A stretch of 62,071 nt of DNA from Acutalibacteraceae bacterium (lineage in GTDB: Bacteria; Bacillota; Clostridia; Oscillospirales; Acutalibacteraceae): NCBI GenBank assembly GCA_045648585.1, contig JAZROI010000106.1, positions 1 through 62,071 of the forward strand, read 5' to 3'. Both the position numbers and the translations under genes were made by a program. Positions 1-9,772 of this stretch are shown here, in pieces. Under the pieces are notes generated by a model. It saw only the letters and a program-made list of their open reading frames with translations, ran no database searches and was not told the DNA's origin. Numbering within the stretch: the stretch's first letter is position 1; every line of letters begins with the position of its first letter.

Positions 1-183
1 GTAGGTAAGGATATGGACGAAGCCTTCGGTCTTATCGAAACGGTTGAAAAAGCTGCTCAGCTTTATATGCTTGCTACTGCAAGCGGTAAGAGAATCAATA
101 CAATTACAGACGAAAACCTTTGGGCAATCGTAGAAAGATTCTCTCTTCAGGAGCAGTGCAGAAAAGATTTTCTTAATCTTTAA
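1..183 (+). CDS. C-terminal fragment of a class II aldolase/epimerase-family protein (5' end lies outside the window)
   Basis: Open frame from base 1 to TAA at 181-183. Translation is VGKDMDEAFGLIETVEKAAQLYMLATASGKRIN..., resembling C-termini of fuculose-P aldolase / ribulose-5-P epimerase-type proteins. Confidence 0.45.
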   Translation, partial: VGKDMDEAFGLIETVEKAAQLYMLATASGKRINTITDENLWAIVERFSLQEQCRKDFLNL

Positions 184-201
184 TAATTAAATTTAAAATA
201 A

Positions 202-236
202 AAAATCGTCTTACCGTTTGGTAAGACGATTTTTGT
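202..236. terminator. Bidirectional intrinsic terminator
   Basis: Stem AAAATCGTCTTACC / GGTAAGACGATTTT with loop GTTT, flanked by A-run and T-run, between convergent genes. Confidence 0.8.
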
Positions 237-249
237 TTATGTGATTTGT

Positions 250-1803
250 TTATTTTTGCTTTCTTGCTGCAATTTCTGCAACCATTTCTGCCTGACGTTT
301 CTCTGTAACCTTGTAGAACATTACGGGAACAGCACAAGCAAACATACTGATTACGCCTGAAAGAACAAGCATGTTCCAGAGTGTCTGTGCACCCTCAGCT
401 GAGATGAAGCCTGTTTCAGCATTGATACCTGCTGCAGAGAAGGATATAACACCGATAAATGCACCAACAGCCATACCGATTTTGTTGATAAGTGTCTGCA
501 TAGCGAAGCAGATACCTTCACCACGTTCACCTGTTTTCCATTCGAGGTAGTCAACGGTATCACCAATCATAGCGTAAGTAATAATGTTGTTAACACCCTG
601 AGGAATACCGAGAAGAACAAGACCGATAGCTGCGATAACGAGCTTCCAAGGTGCATCGTAGCCAACGAAATACATAATAGCCATTACAATACCGCCGAAG
701 AGGTGAACGGCAACGTAAGCCCATTTCTTTGTGAATTTCTTTGACATCCACGGAACAAGAAGAGATGCCACAAGACCGCCGGGAACAACAAGAAGAGTAA
801 TAAGGCTATACATACCTTCGTTCTGAAGAACGTATTTTGCAAAGTAAAGACCGCCTGTGTATGTATAAACCATTCTTGCACCGCCGAGAATACCGGAAAT
901 AACGATAAGTAAGAGCTGGTCGTTCTTGAAGAGAAGTTTCATATTGTGACCAAAGCTGGGGGGATTGTCGTCTGCTGTAAAACGTTCTTTTGTGTGCTTG
1001 AAGCCATAGAAGAACATAGGCACTGCAACAACAACGAGAACAACAGCTGCGATGAAGTAAATCCATTTAAGCATTTCTGCATTAGCGCTTTCCTGACCTG
1101 CGATAACTGTACCAATAAAGTTCTTTGCTGTTTCAGCATCTACGCCTTTATCAGCCATAATCTGAGTGATATCAGCATCTGTATATTTGAATTTTGCTGT
1201 AAGATTACCTGTAATAATAGGAACGAAAACAGTAACGATACCGGCACCTAAAGTACAAAGAAGACGAGTGATTGTAAGAAGGTTACCACGAACAACGGTG
1301 TCGTTAGTCATACATGTTGAAAGACCCCAGTAGGGTACGTCTGCAACTGTGTAAGCTACTGACCAAAGAACATAAATTATACCAACGATAATAAACGTTG
1401 AGGTTGCTTTTTCCTGGAATACAGGAAGGAAGCAAGCAATTGTCATTATAGCAATCGGGAATGCCATCCATTTAAGGTAGGGTCTGCATTTACCCCATTT
1501 TGTTCTTGTCTTGTCAACAATACTACCCATAATCGGGTCGTTAAATGCGTCAAAAATACGGGTGCCGAGCATAAGCCATGCAACAGCCATGGAACCTGTA
1601 ATTGAGCCGATTGTTACACCTTCAGCACCGAAAAGAAGTGCGTCGGTAAGGAAGATTGTAAGGTATGAGCCGATAATTGTGCAGATAAAGTTCTGACCAA
1701 AGCCTGCTATACCGTAAGCTAAAGCCTCTTTGGGCTGTAAACCGCTGCCACCGGGTGTTGTGCCGTACAGCTTGTGAAGAATGCCTTCAACTTTTGGATT
1801 CAT
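250..1803 (-). CDS. Glycoside-pentoside-hexuronide (GPH)/MFS-type sugar:cation symporter
   Basis: 517-aa polytopic membrane ORF with about 12 hydrophobic segments. MelB/XynP-like N-terminus and a DPIMG motif. Confidence 0.8.
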   Translation of the reverse strand: MNPKVEGILHKLYGTTPGGSGLQPKEALAYGIAGFGQNFICTIIGSYLTIFLTDALLFGAEGVTIGSITGSMAVAWLMLGTRIFDAFNDPIMGSIVDKTRTKWGKCRPYLKWMAFPIAIMTIACFLPVFQEKATSTFIIVGIIYVLWSVAYTVADVPYWGLSTCMTNDTVVRGNLLTITRLLCTLGAGIVTVFVPIITGNLTAKFKYTDADITQIMADKGVDAETAKNFIGTVIAGQESANAEMLKWIYFIAAVVLVVVAVPMFFYGFKHTKERFTADDNPPSFGHNMKLLFKNDQLLLIVISGILGGARMVYTYTGGLYFAKYVLQNEGMYSLITLLVVPGGLVASLLVPWMSKKFTKKWAYVAVHLFGGIVMAIMYFVGYDAPWKLVIAAIGLVLLGIPQGVNNIITYAMIGDTVDYLEWKTGERGEGICFAMQTLINKIGMAVGAFIGVISFSAAGINAETGFISAEGAQTLWNMLVLSGVISMFACAVPVMFYKVTEKRQAEMVAEIAARKQK

Positions 1804-1890
1804 TTCATATTCTCCTTGTCTTTTATTTATATTACAACAGTTTTCCTATTTAAAGGTCTTACTGTGGTTATATACTGTTTGCTTTGAGAT

Positions 1891-2385
1891 TTATTGGATA
1901 ACCTCAGCAGTTTTTATAACTATAGGTGTTACGGGAGTTGAGCTTTCACCGCCGAAACTCATTCTTCTTTCGATTTTAAGGAAATCGTCAACTGTTTCCA
2001 TACCCTCGGTTACTTTGCCGAAAGCAGCATACTGACCGTCTAAGAATGTGCAATCACCGTAGCAAATAAAGAACTGACTGCTTGCTGAGTTGGGGTTTTG
2101 TGAACGAGCCATTGAAATAACACCACGTGTGTGTGAAAGATTGTTATTAACGCCGTTCATTCTGAATTCACCTTTAATGTTTTCATCACTACCGCCGCAG
2201 CCTGTACCCTCGGGGTCACCGCCCTGAGCCATAAAGCCGTCAATTACACGGTGAAAGGTAAGACCGTTGTAGAAACCGCTTTTTACAAGCTTTAAGAAAT
2301 TTTCGCAAGTAATAGGTGCTTGCTCGGGGCAAAGCTCAACTATAAACTCGCCACCGTTTTCCATTGTGAATTTGATTCTTTCCAT
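1891..2385 (-). CDS. Cyclophilin-type peptidyl-prolyl cis-trans isomerase
   Basis: 164 aa containing FHRVIDGFMAQGGDP and SMARS...NSASSQFFI cyclophilin signatures. The start lies 1 nt after the upstream stop. Confidence 0.9.
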   Translation of the reverse strand: MERIKFTMENGGEFIVELCPEQAPITCENFLKLVKSGFYNGLTFHRVIDGFMAQGGDPEGTGCGGSDENIKGEFRMNGVNNNLSHTRGVISMARSQNPNSASSQFFICYGDCTFLDGQYAAFGKVTEGMETVDDFLKIERRMSFGGESSTPVTPIVIKTAEVIQ

Positions 2386-2386
2386 T

Positions 2387-3484
2387 TTAGTTAGCCTCCA
2401 CGGGATTGATTGTATATACTTCAGAGAAGTTTGTTATTGTAACTGTTTTCATTGTAAGGCCGGGTGTGCCGTCCTGATTTACCTGAGGTGCCGCGGAAAT
2501 ATCAGAAACACAAGAGTATTCATATCTTACTTCAACGGGTAAGCCTGTAAGCTTATCAACCTTTGAAATAATTTTTCCACCCTGTGTAGGAGCAGTATTG
2601 ATGTCGCTGCCGTAAAGACCTGCGAATTTTACTGAGTTGAGAGTAGAACCATCTGTTTCATCAAATGCAGGAATATTGAAAACCTTACCATAAGAAATAG
2701 TTTGCCATCTATCCTTAAAGCCGGCACTACCTGTAGGATACTCGTCACCGATATAAGTGTCGGTTTTCATAATAACCTCTCTGATTATGTAGCCGTCCTG
2801 CTCGTAGCAATTAATGCTTTCAATATCGGAAATATTAAGGAAACAAGCATAACCTAATTTGTTTACGGGGAATTCAGTATAGTGAGTGGGGTTAGCCTTT
2901 GTAACTGTAACTGTTTCAGTCTGTTCCTCGTAAAGCTGGCGAGCCTGAGTTCTCATATTTTCAAGCTCTTGTTTCATTTCATTTGTAAGGATAAAGCTAT
3001 ACTTATTTGTATAAGCAATAACCTTATCAACATAAACGTTAAATTCTGTGTTAGTAACGTTAAGAGAAGCATCGGGAGCGTTTGTTGTGGTTACCTTGGC
3101 AGATTTACAGAGTGAAGTGGAAACCTTTGTGAAACCCGGACGTACACTCTTAACACTGTCAAGCTCTTTCTTGAAAAGAGCAAGAAGATATTCGTTTGAT
3201 ACGCTAGCCTCTGAATCGATACCTGAAACCATTCTGAGAATTTTAGCTACGTCGTAATAATCTACGTAACCATTGCCGTCAAGGTCATATGTTTTACCTT
3301 CAATTTCTGCATCGATACCTGCAGAAACACGCAAAACTGCTTTTGCATCATTGATATTGATTTTGCCGTCATCGTTGTAATCGAAATCAGGTGTTGTTTC
3401 GCTTACGATTACAGCGTTAGCCCCAAGAGCGAAGCAGGGGACTAAAAGACATAAAACGGTAAAAAGACAAATAAATTTTTTCAC
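2387..3484 (-). CDS. Secreted protein with N-terminal dockerin module and uncharacterised C-terminal domain
   Basis: Signal peptide MKKFICLFTVLCLLVPCFALGANA. Two Ca-binding dockerin repeats follow (DYNDDGKININDA... and DLDGNGYVDYYDV...). Confidence 0.7.
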   Translation of the reverse strand: MKKFICLFTVLCLLVPCFALGANAVIVSETTPDFDYNDDGKININDAKAVLRVSAGIDAEIEGKTYDLDGNGYVDYYDVAKILRMVSGIDSEASVSNEYLLALFKKELDSVKSVRPGFTKVSTSLCKSAKVTTTNAPDASLNVTNTEFNVYVDKVIAYTNKYSFILTNEMKQELENMRTQARQLYEEQTETVTVTKANPTHYTEFPVNKLGYACFLNISDIESINCYEQDGYIIREVIMKTDTYIGDEYPTGSAGFKDRWQTISYGKVFNIPAFDETDGSTLNSVKFAGLYGSDINTAPTQGGKIISKVDKLTGLPVEVRYEYSCVSDISAAPQVNQDGTPGLTMKTVTITNFSEVYTINPVEAN

Positions 3485-3519
3485 AACTAATCACCTTTCT
3501 TTAAAAGAATTATAAAAAT

Positions 3520-4200
3520 TTATGATTTAAAATTGAATGCGGCTTTAAGGAATTTTAAGGTTTGCTCAACTATAAGCTCGTCGCTATCATGAGCTTGCTT
3601 ACCGGTGTATATAAAGAATCGTTCTTTATAATAATCACATGAGGTAGCAAATTGCAGCATCATAAATATATTATCAAGCAAAAATGCAAAGAAAGCGGGG
3701 TTAACGTCGTTTCTGACATCGCCAGTTTCCTGAGCCTTACTTATAGCAACGGTGTAAATTGAAGCCGACATTGCTTCAATGTGTTGGGAAATACTCGTGA
3801 GAAATTCTGAATTGTCAGTTGTAGTAAGCCGACAGTACAGCTTAACAAGTGCGGGGTTTTCTTTTGAAAAATCGAGTAAAGCACGAATAATGGTTTCAGC
3901 TTTTACGATAATATCTTCGGAAGAATCTGCAAGGCCAACCAGCAACTCTTCGAGAGAGGAAAGCCCACCGCGAACAACCATCGAAAACAAGGTTTCTTTA
4001 TTTTCAAAGTATTTGTATACAGAACCTACACTGATTTCCGATTTTTTTGCGATTTGTTGAATAGACGTATTTTCAAAGCCGTTGTTTGCAAACTCTTCTA
4101 CTGCCACTCGCAAAATACGGTCACGTTTTTCTGGTGGTAGCTTGTCAAAGGCGGCTTTGTGTAGCTTGATATTATCATTGGGGGTGTGGGGGGTTAACAT
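3520..4200 (-). CDS. TetR/AcrR-family transcriptional regulator
   Basis: 226 aa with an N-terminal HTH (ILRVAVEEFANNGFENTSIQQIAKKSEISVGSVYKYFENKETLF). Confidence 0.85.
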   Translation of the reverse strand: MLTPHTPNDNIKLHKAAFDKLPPEKRDRILRVAVEEFANNGFENTSIQQIAKKSEISVGSVYKYFENKETLFSMVVRGGLSSLEELLVGLADSSEDIIVKAETIIRALLDFSKENPALVKLYCRLTTTDNSEFLTSISQHIEAMSASIYTVAISKAQETGDVRNDVNPAFFAFLLDNIFMMLQFATSCDYYKERFFIYTGKQAHDSDELIVEQTLKFLKAAFNFKS

Positions 4201-4216
4201 TATGCACCTCGCAAGA

Positions 4217-4226
4217 GTAAATTTAC
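4217..4226. promoter_or_regulatory. Candidate TetR operator (perfect 10-bp palindrome GTAAATTTAC)
   Basis: The palindrome sits between the TetR RBS and an AT-rich promoter region. Confidence 0.3.
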
Positions 4227-4280
4227 CTACTTTAACTTATATATAATACCATTATTCTAAAGAAATTGCAACGAAAACAG

Positions 4281-4316
4281 AAAAAAACTCCCGTCAAAAA
4301 TTACGGAAGTTTTTTG
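4281..4316. terminator. Intrinsic terminator downstream of the CDF transporter gene
   Basis: Stem ACTCCCGT / ACGGAAGT with an A7 run on one side and a T5 run on the other. Confidence 0.6.
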
Positions 4317-4356
4317 GTTAGAGTTGATAAAAGATGTTAACGCTTAATGAACAGTT

Positions 4357-5377
4357 TTATATTTCGCAAGACGTATCGCAACAGTTGTTTTCAACGTCAA
4401 TTTGAAGTGTAAGATGGTTTATGCCGAGGCGTTTACTCGTTTCTATAACATTTTTCTGGGTTTCAGAATATTTATCAGGGAAAAATTCTTTTGATAACGT
4501 TATATGAATTGTAGCAAGGATAGTTTCATCGTCTAAAGACCATATGTGAACATGATGAACGTTTTCAACCCCTGATATTTTTAAGATTTCTGTTTCGTAA
4601 TCCTCAAAATTAAAGTCATAAGGTGTTTTTTCTAATAAAATGCTTACTATATATATAATGTTTTTTACAGAGTGAAATAAAAGAAATGCGGATATAACTA
4701 GCGAAAGTAAAGTATCTATAAAATACCATTGGAAAAGGTGAATGAAAACACTTCCTGTTAAGACGGCAATCCAACCGAAAACGTCTTCAAGCATATGAAG
4801 ATTTATCGCTCTTTCGTTTGCACCGCTGCCATGAGAGGTTTTAAAGGCGGCAACACCGTTTATAATAACGCCGAATACCGCAATTATCAGCATTGGTAAG
4901 CTTTTAATTTCCTCAGGGCTTTTAAATCTTTCAATACTACCGAAAATGATTGCAACGCTACCGATTATAAGGATTAACGAAGTTATTATTGCCGAAATTA
5001 AGGAGTAGCGTTTGTAACCGTAGGTGTATTTTTTATCAGGCTTTTTTTTGTGAGAATTTTTCAAAAAAGAATGCAAGACCGATTGCACCGCAATCACCTA
5101 AATCGTGAATAGCATCTGAAATGATAGCGTAAGAATTTGTCAGAATTCCACCTGCAATTTCAATGAAAACAAAGAATAAGTTGAGAAAAAATGCTACGGA
5201 AATATTTTTTTCAGATGATGAATGAGTGTGATGGTGGTGCGAATGACCGTGATGAGAGTGAAGGTGGTCGTGGCCACTACTTGAATTATGGGTGTGATGC
5301 GAAGCGTGGTCGTGGCTATGCTTATGTTCGTTTTTGTCGTGTGCTTCATTAGAAAAAGTTTTATTATTTTGACTCAT
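4357..5377 (-). pseudogene. czcD: Cation diffusion facilitator (CzcD/ZitB-type Zn/Co/Cd efflux) with His-rich N-terminus, interrupted by a frameshift in an A8 run
   Basis: Track ORFs 5036..5401 and 4357..5097 are the two halves. The first has the His-rich N-terminus and TM1-2 (...AIISDAIHDLGD...). The second begins ...KKPDKKYTYGYKR.... The frames join if the homopolymer at 5042-5049 is A7 rather than A8. Confidence 0.8.
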
Positions 5378-5726
5378 ATAAATGCTCAACCGCCTTTTCA
5401 AAAATATCCCTTACGTGAGAATCTGCTAAAGAATATATAACCTCTTTACCGTTTCGTTTGCATTTTACAAGATTATATTCTTTTAAAATTTTCAACTGAT
5501 GTGATACGGCAGATTTCGTCATATTTATAAGGAAAGCAATATCACAAACGCACATATTGCTTTTACTGAGTGCCCATAAAATTTGAACTCTGGTGCTGTC
5601 ACCGAACACCTTGAAAAAATCAGAAATATCAACAATAAAGCTTTTATCAGGCATATCAGGCTTTACAGTTTCAACTATTTCTTTGTGTAATACGTCACAA
5701 TCACATATATTTTCAGCTTTGCCCAT
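5364..5726 (-). CDS. ArsR/SmtB-family metal-responsive repressor
   Basis: Winged HTH (RVQILWALSKSNMCVCDIAFLINMTKSAVSHQLKILKE). ATG at 5726 is preceded by GAGGTGG. The 3' end overlaps the CDF gene start. Confidence 0.85.
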   Translation of the reverse strand: MGKAENICDCDVLHKEIVETVKPDMPDKSFIVDISDFFKVFGDSTRVQILWALSKSNMCVCDIAFLINMTKSAVSHQLKILKEYNLVKCKRNGKEVIYSLADSHVRDIFEKAVEHLYESK

Positions 5727-5757
5727 AAGCCACCTCAAAATGTTTTTTATTGATTAT

Positions 5758-5777
5758 AGTTGAACAGACGTTCAACT
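5758..5777. promoter_or_regulatory. Candidate ArsR/SmtB operator, 8-4-8 inverted repeat AGTTGAAC-AGAC-GTTCAACT
   Basis: Perfect inverted repeat about 30 nt upstream of the ArsR start. It has the TGAAC...GTTCA core typical of CzrA/SmtB-type operators. Confidence 0.55.
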
Positions 5778-5863
5778 GTCAAGAGCTTTTTTGAGCTTAT
5801 TTATAGTATTGGTAATTATTACTTTATAAATTAATAAATTATAATTTTATTCACAAATTATTA

Positions 5864-5892
5864 TTGAAATAAACAATAAATTATATTATAAT
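5864..5892 (+). promoter_or_regulatory. Sigma-A-type promoter of the large surface protein gene
   Basis: TTGAAA (5864-5869), 17-nt spacer, TATAAT (5887-5892). Confidence 0.55.
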
Positions 5893-5953
5893 CTATGATG
5901 TGTAAATTTCCGGTTAATGCATGGCATTTTCCAATAAAAATGGAGGTTTTTAA

Positions 5954-8900
5954 ATGAAATCCAAACGTGCTTCAACAAAGGCTTTATTAGCTTTTATTGT
6001 TACGTTAATTTTAGCAGTAAGCTTTTCTGTAACTGCTCTTGCCGCAGAAAGATACGAAAACTGCGGTAACAGATACGGTAGAATAATTCCTACTGATGAA
6101 AAGCTTGATGCTCAGGTTTATGATTATTATTTTAAGGGAGATAGTGCACCTATTCATTTTATGCGAATGAGCACAGGTGAGCCCGGTGCTTGTTATGCGG
6201 TAGAAATTTATGCCGACGCAGAATACACTACTCTCATAAAATATTTATCAAGAGAATATGACTCTACAGCAGGTCATTCACCTGTTGCTATTAATTTGAG
6301 CTTTGACGGCTTGAAAAGCGGTACGTATTACGGTAGGTGTTATACATACGTAACAAGGTCTGACGGAACAATATATGACCTTGATTCAATTCAGTGCTTT
6401 AACATTCATATTGACAGACTTTCCGGAAAATATGTTGTTTTGTCAGGTGCGTATAATACTGATGCCGGTATAAGTGTCAATTGGAATACTATTGCAACAG
6501 CTACTCAATATCACGTTTACAGAAAAGTAAACGGTGTGGGTGATTGGGTTTATGTTTCTAATTTAGGTGAAGGTTGTTGTAATTACGTTGATACTGATGT
6601 AGTGAACGGCAATTACTACACTTATACAGTCAGATGTAGTGACGGCGGTTATTCGAGTGGTTATGATATTAACGGTGTTACTACAGCAAGACTTTCAACA
6701 CCAAATCTTCAAGGTGTTAGAAGTGCAACGCCATCAGGCGATGTAATAATAAGTTGGGACACTGTTTACGGTGCAGACGGATACTATGTATATAGAAAAG
6801 GTGGCTCGTTGAGCAATTACGAGTGGAGGCTTATTGCAGATGTTCAGGGGGGCAACTCTAACTACTACATTGATACAACAGCAAAAAGCGTTAGCTGGAA
6901 TTATAATTACACTGTTGTTGCATATAAAGGTGCAAGTTTCAGTTCATATAACCCCGAAGGTGTAGAGTATTCTTATATGTATGCTCCCGTTGTGCACACG
7001 GCAATTAACCTTGATAACGGTGTGTATATTGAATGGGCTGACAACAATAGAAATACTAAAGCTTATAACGTTTTCAGAAAAGTAGTTGGTGGAAGCTGGG
7101 AGATGTTAGCTTCTGTTGAAGGTAAAAGCTTTATTGATACAACGTGCGTTTCCGGTGTGGATTATGCTTATACAGTCGTAGCATATTGTAACACTAACGA
7201 AAGTGCTTATGATGATAATGGTTTCGTTGTAAGATGTGTTGCTACACCACAGCTTAACGAAGTTTATTTTGATGCTTATAATAATGCCGTTGTTAGTTGG
7301 AATGCGGTGCCCGGTGCAGAAAAATATTGGGTTTACAGAAAGCTTAGTTATGAAAATGATTGGGTGTTCTATGGTGAAGCATATAACAATTTCTTCTATG
7401 ATGCTTGTGAAAAATATTCAGGAGAAACTTATACTTACACTGTAATAGCTGTAAGCGGTAATTATATCAGTAACTTTGATACGTACGGAAAGAGTGCCTG
7501 CTTTATTTCAGCACCTCAGGTTTATACAGCTAATACATACGTTTGGGATACCTCTTGTGTGCGCGTTAGCTGGGATTACGTAAACGGAGCAACCTCTTAC
7601 GATGTTTACAGAAGCGATTACGGTGTTGAGAACTGGGTTTGCATTTCTCAAGGTGTCACTGTAAACGAGTTCTATGATACTACCGCTTCAATGTATGGCG
7701 GTTACAGCTATGCAGTTGTTGCTACTAACGGTTATGCTTTAAGTAAGTTTAACGTTTCATCATTGGTTGCCTTACCTACACCTAAGCTTGAATATGCGAC
7801 GGGCGGTAGCGAAGGTGGATTTAATATAGGTTGGACAGCCGTTAACGGAGCGAATGTTTATCACATTTACAGAAAAGAAATAGACGGTAATTGGGTTGAA
7901 ATTGGAACAAGTGCAACTAATTGCTATACTGATTGGTCATGGGAAGCAGTGAATCAGTACGAAGTATATACCGTTGTAGCTGAGGCTTTCGGCTATTTAA
8001 GCGGCTATGACGCTTTAGGTATAGCAAACTTTGCTGAGGTAAGAAATCTTAACGGTGTACTCACTGAAGGCGATGCACCCTACATCAATGTTAACTGGAC
8101 ACTTGACGGATATGCACAATGGTATGAGCTTGTAAGAACTCATAATGGCGAAAGTGTTTTACTTGCGGTTTTCTCAAGTGAAAGTGGCATTACACAGTAC
8201 GTTGACACTGATATCAGCATTGGTAACGAATATACTTATTCAATAACAGCAGGCTGTGACGGTAGATTTAATAAAACGAATTCAGTTACCGTAAAATATC
8301 CTCTTCCTCCTGTTCCTGCAGTAGCTATAGGTGCAGTAAACGGATATGTATATAACGGAAAAGCTTGCGCCGATATCAGTTGGGGACTTGTTGATTACGC
8401 TGAATATTATACTGTATTCAGACGTACAGAGAATTCTGAATGGCAGGTTATAGCAACGTTATATCCTCAGGATATGGCAAACGGCCCCTTCTATACAGAT
8501 ACAACAGCTGATTTTGATGTAGTTTATTATTATACCGTAGTTGGCTACGCAAATAACAGAGAAAGCTATTACGATAATACAGGCGTACCTACTGTTATTC
8601 TTAAACCGATTGATTATCCTTACGGAATTACAGCAAGAGAGGATATAATCAATACACAAACTGTTGCAGTTATCGGTTGGGATGCAGTTTATAATGCAGA
8701 ATATTACAACATTTTCAGAAAAGATAATAACGGTGATTGGGTTTATTTAAACACTGTTGACAGTAACACACTTACTTATATTGATTACAGTATAGTTCAA
8801 GATGTTAAATACACATATACAGTTTCGGCAGGTGCTAACGGTAGAGGTGAAGCATATAATCCTTACGGTGCAACTTACCGTTGGAATATAGACGGAGCCG

Positions 8901-9760
8901 GATTAGTTCCTTCGGATTACACAGGTCTTTATGAGTATGCGGGTATATGGAGATACTTCGAAAACGGTAGAATTAATTATTTTAAAAACACACTCGTTAA
9001 TCACGGCGGTTATTGGTACTACGTTGAAAACGGTGAGGTTAATTGGAATTACACCGGCCTTGTAGAATATAACGGTTACTGGTTCTACGTAGTGAATGGT
9101 TTCCTTGATTGTAACGTAACAACGCTAGCATATTATAATGACGGTTGGTATTACGTAGAAAACGGTCAAATCAATTGGAACAGCAAAACTCTTTGCGAGT
9201 ATCAGGGCGGTTGGTACTACGTAGAAAATGGTGTAATTAACTGGAATTACACAGGTCTTGTAGAATATAACGGTGGCTGGTTCTACGTAGTGAACGGTTA
9301 CCTTGATTGGAACGTTACAACACTGACCTATTATAATGACGTATGGTATTACGTAGTAAACGGTTACCTTGATTGGAATGTGACAACTCTTACTTATTAT
9401 AATGACGTATGGTATTACGTAGAAAACGGTCAAATAAATTGGAATAGTAACACTCTTTGTCAGTATGACGGTAACTGGTATTATGTGCAAAACGGTGCAG
9501 TTAACTGGAACTATACAGGCCTTGTAGAATACGGCGGCAGGTGTTTCTATGTGGTTGACGGATATCTTGATTGGACAGTAACAACTATTGTAAATCACAA
9601 TGATATTAACTATTATGTATTGAATGGTGAAGTAGCAACTTGGTTTGCCGGAGAGGTAGAGGTTGACGGTCAGTCATACAAAGTAGTAAATGGTGTTGTG
9701 ACAGAGAAAGATTTTCAGATCGGCACAGACATAGATTTTGATATAAATCCCGTTTATTAA
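5954..9760 (+). CDS. Large secreted repeat protein: signal peptide, about 9 Fn3/Ig-like modules of about 90 aa, and 11 C-terminal 22-aa cell-wall/glucan-binding-type repeats
   Basis: 1268 aa. Signal peptide ...VTALAAE. The motif W..V.GA..Y.VYRK recurs about every 90 aa. The C-terminus is made of GWYYVENG.INWN-type repeats. Confidence 0.8.
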   Translation: MKSKRASTKALLAFIVTLILAVSFSVTALAAERYENCGNRYGRIIPTDEKLDAQVYDYYFKGDSAPIHFMRMSTGEPGACYAVEIYADAEYTTLIKYLSREYDSTAGHSPVAINLSFDGLKSGTYYGRCYTYVTRSDGTIYDLDSIQCFNIHIDRLSGKYVVLSGAYNTDAGISVNWNTIATATQYHVYRKVNGVGDWVYVSNLGEGCCNYVDTDVVNGNYYTYTVRCSDGGYSSGYDINGVTTARLSTPNLQGVRSATPSGDVIISWDTVYGADGYYVYRKGGSLSNYEWRLIADVQGGNSNYYIDTTAKSVSWNYNYTVVAYKGASFSSYNPEGVEYSYMYAPVVHTAINLDNGVYIEWADNNRNTKAYNVFRKVVGGSWEMLASVEGKSFIDTTCVSGVDYAYTVVAYCNTNESAYDDNGFVVRCVATPQLNEVYFDAYNNAVVSWNAVPGAEKYWVYRKLSYENDWVFYGEAYNNFFYDACEKYSGETYTYTVIAVSGNYISNFDTYGKSACFISAPQVYTANTYVWDTSCVRVSWDYVNGATSYDVYRSDYGVENWVCISQGVTVNEFYDTTASMYGGYSYAVVATNGYALSKFNVSSLVALPTPKLEYATGGSEGGFNIGWTAVNGANVYHIYRKEIDGNWVEIGTSATNCYTDWSWEAVNQYEVYTVVAEAFGYLSGYDALGIANFAEVRNLNGVLTEGDAPYINVNWTLDGYAQWYELVRTHNGESVLLAVFSSESGITQYVDTDISIGNEYTYSITAGCDGRFNKTNSVTVKYPLPPVPAVAIGAVNGYVYNGKACADISWGLVDYAEYYTVFRRTENSEWQVIATLYPQDMANGPFYTDTTADFDVVYYYTVVGYANNRESYYDNTGVPTVILKPIDYPYGITAREDIINTQTVAVIGWDAVYNAEYYNIFRKDNNGDWVYLNTVDSNTLTYIDYSIVQDVKYTYTVSAGANGRGEAYNPYGATYRWNIDGAGLVPSDYTGLYEYAGIWRYFENGRINYFKNTLVNHGGYWYYVENGEVNWNYTGLVEYNGYWFYVVNGFLDCNVTTLAYYNDGWYYVENGQINWNSKTLCEYQGGWYYVENGVINWNYTGLVEYNGGWFYVVNGYLDWNVTTLTYYNDVWYYVVNGYLDWNVTTLTYYNDVWYYVENGQINWNSNTLCQYDGNWYYVQNGAVNWNYTGLVEYGGRCFYVVDGYLDWTVTTIVNHNDINYYVLNGEVATWFAGEVEVDGQSYKVVNGVVTEKDFQIGTDIDFDINPVY
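8918..9643 (+). repeat. Coding tandem repeat array, 11 x 66 bp (22-aa units), with higher-order periodicity
   Basis: Adjacent units 9284-9349 and 9350-9415 are roughly 85-90% identical at DNA level. Units 3-5 resemble units 6, 8 and 9. Confidence 0.85.
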
Positions 9761-9772
9761 TTGAATAAAAAT

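Noticed and set aside
5205-5340. CAT/CAC-rich low-complexity DNA
   Set aside because: It codes for the His-rich metal-binding N-terminus of the CDF transporter and is not a non-coding microsatellite.
9125-9598. 157-aa minus-strand ORF inside the repeat array
   Set aside because: It is an antisense reading of the 66-bp coding repeats. Its periodic Y/V/I-rich translation is a by-product of the repeat.
8918-9643. Possible CRISPR-like regular repeats
   Set aside because: The repeats are contiguous with no spacers, in frame, and encode 22-aa cell-wall-binding-type units. There are no cas genes in the window.
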